From Octopus vulgaris (taxonomy: Eukaryota): DNA of 64,000 nucleotides. Below, piece after piece: positions 52,269 to 64,000 of this stretch (its first letter is position 1; each line of letters begins with the position of its first letter). The position numbers were made by a program, and so were the translations under genes. Below the pieces are notes generated by a model, which worked only from the letters and a program-made list of their open reading frames with translations, made no database searches and was not told the origin of the DNA. The DNA is taken from the NCBI GenBank assembly GCA_951406725.2, contig OX597843.1:9486001-9550000 (forward strand), given 5' to 3'.

Positions 52269-52737
52269 GCGTGTGTGTGTCTGTGTTTGTCCCCCTAGCA
52301 TTGCTTGACAACTGATGCTGGTGTGTTTATGTCCCCATTACTTGGCGGTTCGGCAAAAAGAGACCTATTGAATGAGTCCCGGGGTCAAGTTGCTCGATTA
52401 AAGGCGGTGCTCCAGCATGGCCGCAGTCAAATGACTGAAACAAATAAAAGAGTAAAAGAGTAACTGTCTCGAGATGTAGGTGAGATAAAGGAAAGAGGAA
52501 AAAAACAACAACTGACTTCCTGGTGAGCTACAATCACCCAAGCTGCTAACGACCGAGTGATCTCCAACCACTCCTTATTCCAGCGGCAAATGTCGTAGAT
52601 ATGTGAGAGATGCAGCACTGAGGATGAATGAAGCCAGCTCAACCCACCCCGGGTGAATGCTGTCCAGTCAAGTCACCCAAGCTGCAACTGATTTGAGGGT
52701 ATGGGGTAGAGATTACTCACCACAGCATCTACATCAT

Positions 52738-53422
52738 CTACACTCGCCTCCTTATGAAAGCTCAAAATCCCTCGTGGAAGCGTCATCCAACCAAAATGCA
52801 AATATATGGGAAACTACTACCTGTGTCATCTCTTGTGAAAGGTAGGAGAGTCCAGTTTGCTGGACATTGTTGTAGAGCTGAAAACGAGGTAATTTCTGCT
52901 CTTCTCCTCTGGAAGCCATCTACTTGCGATACCAGAGGGCACCCACTCTTCGAGAGGCGGTTGGATGGAACCTACACTCGCCTCCTTATGAGAGCTCAAA
53001 ATCTCTTGTGGAAGCGTCATCCAACCAAAATGCAAATATATAGGAAACTACCACCTGTGTCATCTCTTGTGAAAGGTAGGAGAGTCCAGTTTGCTGGACA
53101 TTGTTGTAGAGCTGAAAAAGAGGCAATTTCTACTCTTCTCCTCTGGAAGCCATCTACTCACAATACCAGAGGGATACAGGCATCCAGCAACAGGACCTCC
53201 GTAATGCCATGATGGACCGTGAAGTCTGGCGTAGCATGGTAAATTCCATTGTCTCGACCACGGTCGCAATACCAGAGGGCGCACACTCTCCTACCCTGAT
53301 GTAATCTCCAGGGATACAGGCAGCCAGCAACAGGACCTCCGTAATGCCATGATGGACCGTGAAGTCTGGCGTAGCATGGCAAATTCTATTGTCTCGACCA
53401 CGATCGAACAATGATGGTGATG
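52738..53422 (+). mobile_element. RTE-like family 2 3' end with the same 234-bp duplication plus a second 3' duplication
   Basis: Junction CACTCTTC|GAGAGGCGG at 52951/52952, read through in frame by ORF 52754-53212. Confidence 0.9.
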
Positions 53423-53489
53423 ACATCATGTTCATGATCTTTCGAATGTTTTGGGTGAAGGTTCAAGCACTGAGATCTGTACAAGACTA

Positions 53490-53540
53490 AGGTCTTCAGC
53501 AAGACCATCGACAGTGTTAATCATGGAATTGTGATGAAGA
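53490..53540 (+). pseudogene. Tiny decayed LINE RT fragment
   Basis: FSKTIDSVNHGIVMK resembles the RT motif DFSKAFDSVxH. Confidence 0.4.
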
Positions 53541-53560
53541 CATTATGTAACACAGAACAA

Positions 53561-54160
53561 AGCGGCGAGCTGGCAGAATTGTTAGCATGCTGGGCGAAAT
53601 ACTTAGAGGTATTTTTTCTGCCACTACGTTCTGAGTTCAAATCTCACCAAGGTTGACTTTGCCTTTCATCCTTTCGGGGTCGATAAATTAAGTACCAAAT
53701 GCGTATTGGGGATGATCTAATCAACTGGCCCCCTCCGCAAAAATTTTGGGCCTTGTGGCTAGAGTAGAAAAGATTATTATTATTATTATTATTAAGGCAG
53801 CGAGCTGGCAGAAACGTTAGCATGCCGGGCAAAATGCTAAGCGATATTTCGTCTGTCTTTACATTCCAAGTTCAATTTTGCCTTTCATCCTTCCGGGGTC
53901 AAAGAAATAAGTACCAGTTGCATACTGGGGTCAATCTAATTGACTGGCTCCTTCCCCCAAAATTTAGGGCCTTGTGCCTAGAGTAGAAAAGAATCGTTTG
54001 CACGCTGGGCAAAATGCTTAGCAGCCTTTTATCTGTCTTTACATTCTGAGTTCAAATTCCACTGAGGTCAACTTTGCCTTTCACCCTTCCGGGGTTGGTC
54101 AATGTAATCAACTCATCCTCTCCCACCAAAGCTTCAGGTCTTCTACCTATTGTAGAAACA
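53561..54160 (+). mobile_element. Three B-headed SINEs with an alternative tail (GGCCTTGTG.CTAGAGTAGAAAAGA)
   Basis: Same head and central domain as B, different 3' part. Confidence 0.78.
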
Positions 54161-54544
54161 ATTACATAACACAGAACTTCATACAAAAATTACTGCCCTG
54201 GGTCGACATACACATATGTATATATATATATATGCATATGTATCATATATACATATATAAAAATAGATATTTCACACACACACACACACACGTACGTACG
54301 TACGTATGTATGTATGTATGTATATGTGTGTGTCTGTCTGTCTTCAAACACTGCTGGTGTGTTTATGTCTCTGTAACTTAGCAGTTCAGCAAGAGAGTCC
54401 GACAGAATATGTCCCAGGTTTAAAAAACAAAAAAAAAACAAAACCACTGCAGTTGATTCATTAGATTAAAAGACTCTTCAAGGCTGTGCTCCAGCATGGC
54501 CACAGTTTAATGACTAAGACAAAACTAAAAGATTAGAGACACAC

Positions 54545-55395
54545 AGACACACACACGTATATATTTACACAAGCTTCGATATAGTTTCCACCTACCGAAT
54601 TCACTCTGAAAGGCTTTGCTGGTCTTGGGACGACAGACAACGAAGGGACATCTGTCTGAGGTGCCATGCAGTGGGACTGAAACCCACACCACGCAGTTGG
54701 GAAACCAACCCCGTAACCAAACAAACCATTCTCGCACCTACAAACACACACACACACACACACATGTATATATTTACACAAGCTTCGATATAGTTTCCAC
54801 CTACCAAATTCACTCTGAAAGGCTTTGCTGGTCTTGGGACGACAGATACGAAGGGACATCTGTCTGAGGTGCCATGCAGTGGGACTGAAACCCACACCAT
54901 GCAGTTGGGAAACCAACTCCGTAACCAAACAAACCATTCCTGCACCTACAAACACACACACACACACACACATACACATGCATATATTTACACAAGCTTT
55001 GATATAGTTTCCACCTACCAAATTCACTCTGAAAGGCTTTGCTGGTCTTGGGACGACAGGTAACGAAGGGACATCTGTCTGAGGTGCCATGCAGTGGGAC
55101 CGAACCCGAGACCACGCAGTTGGGAAACCAACCCCGTAACCAAACAAACCAGTCCTACACCTACAAACACACACACACACACATGCATATATTTACACAA
55201 GCTTCGATATAGTTTCCACCTACCGAATTCACTCTGAAAGGCTTTGCTGGCCTTGGGACGACAGATAACGAAGGGACATCTGTCTGAGGTGCCATGCAGT
55301 GGGACCGAACCCAAGACCACGCAGTTGGGAAACCAACTCCGTAACCAAACAAACCATTCCTGCACCTACAAACACACACACACACACACACACGC
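54545..55395 (-). repeat. Four tandem ~210-bp units of a diverged SINE A head with (CA)n linkers
   Basis: ATATTTACACAAGCTT.GATATAGTTTCCACCTACC...CACCTACAA repeated four times. Confidence 0.9.
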
Positions 55396-55757
55396 ATGTA
55401 CGTATGCGCGCCAGTTTTTAGTCTGAAGATTAAAGGCAACACACAGACACACACACACACACACACACAGACGCACGCACGCACGCACACACCCACACAT
55501 AGCCAGGCAACGTCTGCCTGTCCGTCTGTCTATTACGTGCAGACAGAACCAACAGCAGCGGCGGCGGTGGTGGGAGGGGGAGGGGGGAGAGGTAAAGAAG
55601 TAGGGGAGGAGGAGGAGGAGGAAGAGGAAGGGGAGCAGCACCAGAAGAGTTTCCTGCTGAAGAAATAAAGTACCTCTCACAACTTTTCTTTTCTTTTTCT
55701 TTTTTTTTTTTTTTTTCACACAGTTCTTTATAAGGGAAAAACAAATACCAAATCGGT

Positions 55758-55793
<36 letters not shown>

Positions 55794-57523
55794 CAATGAT
55801 GGCAGTTCTGATGGTATACAAGACTAGTTCTGCATCTGTTGTCATCAATAAACTACAGACTCGACTCACGCCACCGCCGCCGCCACTCGAGACTTGCTAC
55901 CACCTCTCTCTGGTTGGTCTCTCACTCTCTCACCCGCCCTTTCACTTTCTCTCTCTCGCTCTCTATCTCGTTAAAAACTATCTCTTCTCCTCCACGCATT
56001 GTCCCCCTCTCTCTATCTATCAATCTCGTCTCTCGACTCCCCCCCCCCCCTCATCAATATAGCTGACACCTCACACCACCGCTCTTCGCTCTATCACTCT
56101 GTGGAATGTCAATGCTTCACAGTTTAAAAACAAGCCTACTGAACTTCATCAAAGAATTATCATTGGTGTGAGTATGCGTGTGTACACACACACACACACA
56201 CGCACGCACGCACACACACACACACACACACATGCACACATACACAATCACACACACGCACATAGCAATGGTGATATACTCCTTTACTCTTTTACTTGTT
56301 TCAGTCATTTGACTGCGGCCATGCTGGAGCACCGCCTTTTAGTCGAGCAACTCGACCCCGGGACTGATTCTTTTTTGTAAGCCTAGTACTTATTCTATCG
56401 GTCACTTTTTGCCGAACCGCTAAGTGACGGGGACGTAAACACACCAGCACCGGTTGTCAAGCAATGCTAGGGAGACAAACACAGACACACAAACACACAC
56501 ATATATATATATAAATATATACATATACGACAGGCTTCTTTCAGTTTCCGTCTACCAAATCCACTCACAAGGCTCTGGTCGGCCCAAGGCTATAGCAGAA
56601 GACACTTGCCCAAGGTGCCACGCAGTGGGACTGAACCCGGAACCATGTGGTTGGTTAGCAAGGTACTTACCACACAGCCATATATATTTATATATGTTTT
56701 TTTATTCGCTTAATTGCTGCAGTCATTTGACTGTGGCCATGCCGGAGCACCACCGTCAGGGGTTTTAGTCGAACAAATCAACCCCAGGACTTATTTTTTA
56801 AGCCTAGCACTTCTGTCTGTCTCTTCTGCTGAACCACTAAGTTACAGGGACATAAACACACCAACAGCGGTTCTCAAACGGTGATGGGGGAACAAAAACA
56901 GACACAGAGACACACACGCATGTGCACATACACAATCACAAGCGTAGCACTTCTATTGGTCTCTTCTGCTGAACCACTAAGTTACAGGGACATAAACACA
57001 CCAACAGCGGTTGTCAAACGGTGATGGGGGAACAAAAACAGACACAAAGACACACACACACATACGAGGGGCTTCTTTCAGTTTCCGCCTACCAAATCAA
57101 CCCACAAAGTTTTGGTCAACCCAAGGCTATAGTAGAAGACACTTGACCATAATGATTAAATGCTTGTGATGCATATTAGCTCACTCTCCCTCTATCAAAT
57201 TGAAATTGTCTGAACAGGTGCACAAGTCCACCATGTGCCAGGTGTTGAAATGATCACAGAGCAACAAGAGATGAAGTGTTTTGCTCAAGAACACAACACA
57301 CCACCCAGTCTAGGAATTGAAATCACAACCTAGTGACTGACAGTGCACTCTTGCATATATTCTTTTATTCTTTCGTTTGAGACATTTGACTGCGGCCATG
57401 CTGTAGCACTGCCTTTAATTGAAAAAAATCGACCCCGGGACTTATTCTTCTACAGAAAGGGACACAAAAAAAACAAGGAGAGAAAAAAAATATGTGTAGT
57501 GGCTAACGATCTATCATGGCAAC

Positions 57524-57559
<36 letters not shown>

Positions 57560-58307
57560 GGTGCATGCATGGCTGTGTGGTAAGATGTTTTCTCCCTAAC
57601 TGCAGGGTTCCAAGTTCACTCACACTCCATGGCACCTTGGACAAACCTCTTCTACTCTATCAGTATCTTTTGCTGAACCGCTTAGTTACGGAGGACATAA
57701 ACACAAGAACATCGGTTGTCAAGCGATGGTGTGGGGAGGAAACACAGACACACAAATACACACACACACACGTAGACACATGTCCCACCCATGCAAGCAT
57801 GGAAGACGGACGTTAAACGATACGTGACAGGTTTCTTTCAGCTTCTGTCTACCAAATCCACTTATATGGCTTTGGTCCGCCCGAGGCTATAGTAGAAGAC
57901 ACCTGTCAGAAGTGGGACTGAACCCAAAACCAATATGGGTGGGAAGCAAGCTTCTTACCACACAGTCACACAGTCACTCTTGCACCTATATATATGTAAA
58001 CTGTTAATTAATATAAGAATTAGGCCTTCATCTTAGCCACAAGACCGATATGTGTGTGTGTGTGTATGTTTCGAAACGTGGAGTAGGTGAAACCATGGTG
58101 ACTGAAGAAGGGGATTTTTCCATGTTTTGTATGTCCTGTACTCTATTTTTTCGTTGTTTAAAAGAAATGTCCAGTTCCTTGGTTTTGTGTTTATGTTTTC
58201 GTTTCTCATTGTGTTCAACGTTTTTTTGGTGTCCTGTACCTATATACGCATGTATATATACATATAGGTACGTACATATATGTTTGTATATGTTTTTTTT
58301 TTTATTA

Positions 58308-58374
<67 letters not shown>

Positions 58375-58525
58375 GGTAGAGAGATAGAGAGGGAGAGACA
58401 GATGAAAAAAATAGATAGGTAGGTTGGCAGGTAGGTAGGGAAACATAATAATCTGAAGGAACCATGCATGCTTTTATTTGTATACACCTGTTTGTGTATG
58501 TTTTTGCTTTACTTGTTTCAGTCAC

Positions 58526-59090
58526 TGAATTAAAATCTTCCACCAAACCTTAGTCACAATTTATGTTCCTAACACTATCTGAATGATAACTAAGTTATTT
58601 TACTAAATTCTTTGTTATATTTAAAGTAACTGAAAGAAACAAAGCATCTCAACAGAAATTAGGGTAACAAAAGGCTTAAAGTCACCATGATATTTTTAAC
58701 CCTTTTGATACCAACCTGGCAGAAACCACCTCTGGCTCTGTAGTACAAATGTCTTGTTTTCCTAAGTTCTGAATTAAAATCTTCCACCAAACATTAGTCA
58801 CAATTTATGTTCCTAACACTAGCTTAATAGTAACTAAGTTATTTTACTAAATTCTTTGTTATATTTAAAGTAATTGAAAGAAACACAGAGCATTTCCGAA
58901 TGACCAGTGCAAGAGACAGGGGCCATCACATAATAAGCACATATATACACAGACACAGGACCAATTCTCGGACAGACTCAGAGCAGACCTTGCACGGAGA
59001 GGGGAAGTCCCTAAGTCACTGAAAGGGTTAAAGTCACCATGATATTTTAAACCCTTTTGATACCAACCTGGCTGGTAACAAAAGGGTTAA
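58526..59090. mobile_element. Rearranged cluster of TTAA MITE family 2
   Basis: TIRs CCCTTTTGATACC / GGTAACAAAAGGG with TTAA at 58696, 59028, 59047 and 59087. Confidence 0.8.
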
Positions 59091-59321
59091 GCTGGTTCAG
59101 TGGCTTGTTACTTTGGAATTCGGCAGGGGGTGTAGTGAATAGTTCCTTTTCCGAATGACCAGTGCAAGAGACAGCGACCATCACATAATAAGCACACATA
59201 TACACAGACACAGGGCCAATTCTCGGACAGACTCAGAGCAGACCTTGCACGGAGAGGAGAAGTCCCTAAGTCACCGAAAAGGACGCAAACAGCAACCAAA
59301 TAACTGTGACCAACAAACGAC

Positions 59322-59532
59322 TAACTTTTAACATCTAATCCAACCATGCCCAGCGCAAGTATTCTACCCGTTTTATGTGAAATCTGACCAGATCCAACCT
59401 CTCACACCTACCCTACAATGTCATTCTTAGTTACATCACTGAAATGTTGATGCTATAAGACAATGTGTGATTAATTCGAAACAACGAGAAAAAATAATTA
59501 CATTTGACAAAAGAAACCTGATTGCCAAAGGG
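59322..59532. mobile_element. Decayed MITE family 1 monomer
   Basis: CAGATCCAACCTCTCACACCTACCCTACAATGTCATTCT core; ends AAAGGG|TTAA. Confidence 0.75.
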
Positions 59533-60382
59533 TTAACGAGCACATTAAACAAACGATTAATTAGTTCGTTGGTTAGATTTTTAACCAATTGACTAACAAT
59601 AACGAAGTGATGTTGAACCTCTGTGTGTGCCTTTCTTTCTCACTTTTTCTCTTTTACTTGTTTCAGTCATTTGACTGTGGCCATGCTGGAGCACCGCCTT
59701 TAGTCGAGCAAATCAACCCCGGGACTTATTCTTTGTAAGCCCAGTATTTATTCTATCGGTCTCTTTTGCCGAACCGCTAAGTGACGGGGACATAAACACA
59801 CCAGCATCGGTTGTCAAGCAATGCTGGGGGGACAAAGACAGACACACAAACACACACACGCATACATACATATATATATATACATATATACGACGGGCTT
59901 CTTTCAGTTTCCGTCTACCAAATCCACTCACAAGGCTTTGGTCGGCCCGGGGCTATAGCAGAAGACACTTGCCCAAGATGCCATGCAGTGGGACTGAACC
60001 CGGAACCATGTGGTTGGTAAGCAAGCTACTTACCACACAGCCACATATATATGTATATATAAATTGAGAAAAGAAAAGATCATACCACTCATATTTAGCA
60101 ACTGCATGCCTACTTTTGTCTGCCCCTGTATATTAGCATATGCAAATGAGATGTGGGCTGCTGTTGTGATTGCGTTTCTATTCCCTCATTCACTGTGGTC
60201 CTGCACTTCCTGTTTGCATTCGCTTCGGCACCACTTCCTTCTACGTTATAGAAGTTCCTTAACTGAAGCCTGCATCTTCTTAAGCTTGAAGAAAACCTTC
60301 AGTGGTTGCATCGTCAGAGACCTAGAGACATCAGTTACTATAGAGAGGGATGAACATCGGATTGGCTGCAACGCAGGGGGCC

Positions 60383-60841
60383 AGAGTCCAGAAGCTGGCT
60401 ACCCGCATGGTTCTTGGTCTCAAGCATTTGTCTTATGAAGAAAGGCTGAAGACACTCGACCCTTATTCTCTAGAAAAACGACGACGCCGTGGTGATCTCA
60501 TTCTTGCTCACAACATCATAAGCGGAAAGTGTAACCTCTCGAAGGAGCTGTTCTTCACTCCTGCTCCAGAGCGTCGGCTGCGGGGTCACTCTGAAAAGCT
60601 CTATCTACGACGATTTCATCTCAATCGAAGGAGAGGGGCTTTCTCTGTCTGGGTTGGGGATCCATGGAATAAGCTGCCGGACGAGATAGTGAAGATGCCG
60701 ACGACCGCTTGGTTCAAAGTCTCTCTTGACCAGAAATGGCCTGAACTCTTTGCATGAACACCCTCCCTGTACATAACTCCATGTCCCCCTACATGGCCTT
60801 GCTTTTTGCTTTTTGAGCCAAAAAATTAACTAACTAACTAA
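60383..60841 (+). mobile_element. 5'-truncated CR1-clade LINE
   Basis: RVQKLATRMV..L..LSYEERL..L..SLEKRRRRGDLI...LRGH..KL...WNKLP; 3' UTR ending (AACT)n. Confidence 0.9.
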
Positions 60842-61496
60842 ACACACACAGGCACACGGATCTGACAATACAGCCAAGCATGGAATAGTGGTTAAGAAGT
60901 TTACTCTGCAATCATGTGGCTTGGAGTTCAGTCCCATAGCACAGCACCTTGTGCCAACCAATGCCTTACGGTTGAATTTGATAGATTAAAAACTGTGTGG
61001 AAGCCTAATGTGTGTGTGTGTGTAAAAATGGCCAGTTGATAAAACTGAACAAAGTGCTTAGAATTTCTTCTGACCCACTACAATCTAAGTTCAAATCTAA
61101 CTTTACAATTCATCCTTCCATGGTCAATAAAAAAGGGTCCAGTTAATCAATGGGGTCGATGTAATCGGGCAGACTCCCAACATTAAAATTTCAGGCCTTG
61201 CGCCTACAGCTGAGATAGAGATAGAGAGAGAGAAATGTGTGCTTGCATGAATGATGGTTCACTTGTAATTAGTAACCCTACAAAGAAAGAGGTTTGGGGA
61301 CCACCAGTATAAAATAGTTATTAGAGGGGTCCATAGATAAGAATTGGTTGAGAACCCCTGCTTTAGATGTATGTATTGGTTATGTATTGCAAGAAAGAGC
61401 TGGGTTTCTTTCTCTAACGTTTTCCATAGTTCCACCTCAAAATAGGAATTTTGAAAGAAGGGAGACAAACACACACACATACACACACACACACAC

Positions 61497-61541
<45 letters not shown>

Positions 61542-61994
61542 TACGACAGGCTTCTTTCAGTTTCCGTCTACCAAATCCACTTAAAAGGCATTGGTCAGCC
61601 CGGGACTATAGCAGAAGACACTTGCCTAAATGCTACGCAGTGGGACTGAACCCGGAACCATGTGGTTGGTTAGCAAGCTACTTACCACTCAGCCACTCCT
61701 GCGCCTATGTTTGATTTCGTTATTTTTCTTCTTTTTTTTGCCCCATAGTGAGTTACAAATACTGTTGTCTGTGGAGACATATTTTTGTAGTAAAAGAAAT
61801 AACAGTCCTCTGGCTGCCATTTCTAGTACTTTCAGTATGTGGTCTAGCAACTTGTTGCAAAGACCCTCTTTGTTATAATTGGATAAACTTTTACCGAATA
61901 TGGTCCTTTTCTATACCGAAACACTACTTGGTGAAATTTGTTGATTTTATTAAATTAATTATATTTCACCCTTTATCTGTATATATATATATAT

Positions 61995-62187
61995 ATTTCT
62001 TTACTGCCCACAAGGGGCTAAACATAGAGAGGACAAACAAGGACAAACGAAGGGATTGAGTTGATTATATCGCCCCCAGTGCTAAACTGGTACTTAATTT
62101 ATCGACCCCGAAAGGATGAAAGGCAAAGTTGACCTCGGCGGAATTTGAACTCAGGACGTAACAACAGACGAAATACCGCTAAGCATT
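61995..62187 (-). mobile_element. SINE B monomer inserted in (TA)n
   Basis: Matches 28255-28485. Confidence 0.85.
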
Positions 62188-63947
62188 TCTTTCAGTTTCC
62201 ATCTAACAGATCCACTCACAAGGCTTTGGTCGGCCCAAGACTATAGTAGAAAACACTTGCCCAAGGTGCCACACAGTGGGACTGAACCCGGGACCATGTG
62301 GTTGGTAAGCAAGCTACTCACCACACAGCCACTCCTGTGCCTTGTAAATAAGTTTTCTAGTTCTCTGCTTTCAAACAGACGCGAGATTAAAAAAAAAAAA
62401 ACCCTTACTTGAGAAACAGGTATGGGTTAGCTACAGGAAGGGCATCCAGCTGTAACATAATGCTTCAGTGTCTAGCATTCATCCAACCCTTGCTGCCATT
62501 GAAAAGCAGATGTAAAACAGACATATTTGTATGTATACGCACATGTGCATGTGTGTGTGTCCTTTATCTTCACTTGTTTCAGTCATTAGACTGCGGCCAT
62601 GCTGGGGCACCATCTTGCTGAATTTTTAGTTGAATGAATCAATACCAGTTGCCACCACCACACCCCCAAAGCCTGGTACTATCTATCAGTCACTTTTACT
62701 GAATCGCTAAGTTACAGGGATGTAAACACACCAACACCGGTTGCCTAGCAGGGGAGAGGGAACACAGACACACACACACACACGGCAAGTGACTGCTTAA
62801 GAAGACATATCAAGCTTAGTGAAATTGTGGCCATGGCCAGTGCTGGTGACACTGTCTGTCTGTCTGTCAGGCGCATGGCCCAGTGGTTAGAGCGTCGAGC
62901 ATACGATCGCGAGGTTGTGAGCTCAAACCCCGGACCGGGATGCGTGTTGTATCCTTGAGCAAGTCACTTTGCTCCAGTTCACTCAGCTGTAGAAATGAGT
63001 TGCGACGTCACAGGTGCAAAGCTGTATCGGCCCCTTTGCCTTTCCCTTGGATAACACTGGTGGCGTGGAGAGGGGAGGCCGGTATGCATGGATGGATGAC
63101 AGCTGGTCTTCTATAAAAAACAACCTTGCCCGGACTTGTGCTTGGAAGGGTAACTTCCTTGGTGCAATCCTACGGTTAGTCATGTCTCTCAGCAACATAC
63201 ATACAAGTGGCTTCTTTCAGTTTCTCTTTACCAAATCCAATCTCAAGGCTGTAGCAGGAAGCCCTTGCCTAGGGTACCTAGTAGAAGACACCTGCCCAAG
63301 GTGCCATGCAATGGGACTGAACCCAGAACGATGTAGTTGGAAAGCAAACCTCTCTTAACACACATCCATGCCTTTCTACATTTTATATATATGTATGTAT
63401 ATATATGGCTGTGTTATGAAGCTTGCTTACTAACCACATGGTTCCAGGTGCAGTCCCACTGCATGGCACCTTGGGCAAGTGTCTTCTACTATAGCCACGG
63501 GCTGACCAATGCCTTGTGAGTGGATTTGGTAGACGGAAACTGCATGTATTTCTGTGTCTGTCTTTATCCTGACCACCATCGCTTGACAACTGATGTTGGT
63601 GTGTTATAAGTCCTGGGGTCGATCTGTTTGACTAAAGGCAGTGCTCCAGCATGGCCGCAGTCAAATGACTGGACCAAGTAGAAGAACACACACATACATG
63701 TATACACATACATGTATACACATACAGACTCACACAGATGAGTATAAGTTAAATTAGTTAATGGTGTTTTTATATACAAATAGGCGCAGGAGTGGCTGTG
63801 TGGTAAGTAGCTTGCTAACAAACCACATGGTTCCGGGTTCAGTCCCACTGCGTGGCATCCTGGGCAAGTGTCTTCTGCTATAGCCCCGGGCTGACCAATG
63901 CTTTGTGAGTGGATTTGGTAGACGGAAACTGAAAGAAGCCTGTCGTA

Positions 63948-63997
<50 letters not shown>

Positions 63998-64000
63998 CGT

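Noticed and set aside
58067-58125. Hammerhead-like pieces CGAAACG and CTGAAGA
   Set aside because: Order and stems do not form a complete core; at most a Penelope-like remnant
60350-60757. 135-aa ORF as a host gene
   Set aside because: It is the C-terminus of a truncated CR1 ORF2

Overview
Eukaryotic, highly repeat-rich genomic DNA. The microsatellite load, tRNA-derived SINE families and RTE LINEs suggest an octopus/cephalopod genome (inference). Only one host coding exon is convincingly present: a 127-nt minus-strand exon (13298-13424) encoding [42 protein letters not shown], from the N-terminal coiled coil of CUX1/CASP (cut-like). The supplied ORF track misses this frame, and the rest of the window looks like its two large flanking introns. 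These are filled with tRNA-headed SINEs (working labels A, B, C), 5'-truncated RTE and CR1 LINEs, TTAA-flanked piggyBac-like MITEs, non-autonomous Helitrons, a Penelope-like remnant with a degenerate hammerhead, and microsatellites. Most notable: (1) SINE B and one RTE family recur at separate loci as multimers with a fixed junction at the apex of a short inverted repeat, suggesting iterative, circular or template-jump reverse transcription; (2) a 3.9-kb array of about 35 x 108 bp formed inside a single MITE that kept both ends; (3) an array of 7 Pol III SINE heads; (4) an unexplained, highly structured ~190-bp element. Repeat boundaries were read by eye and are approximate.
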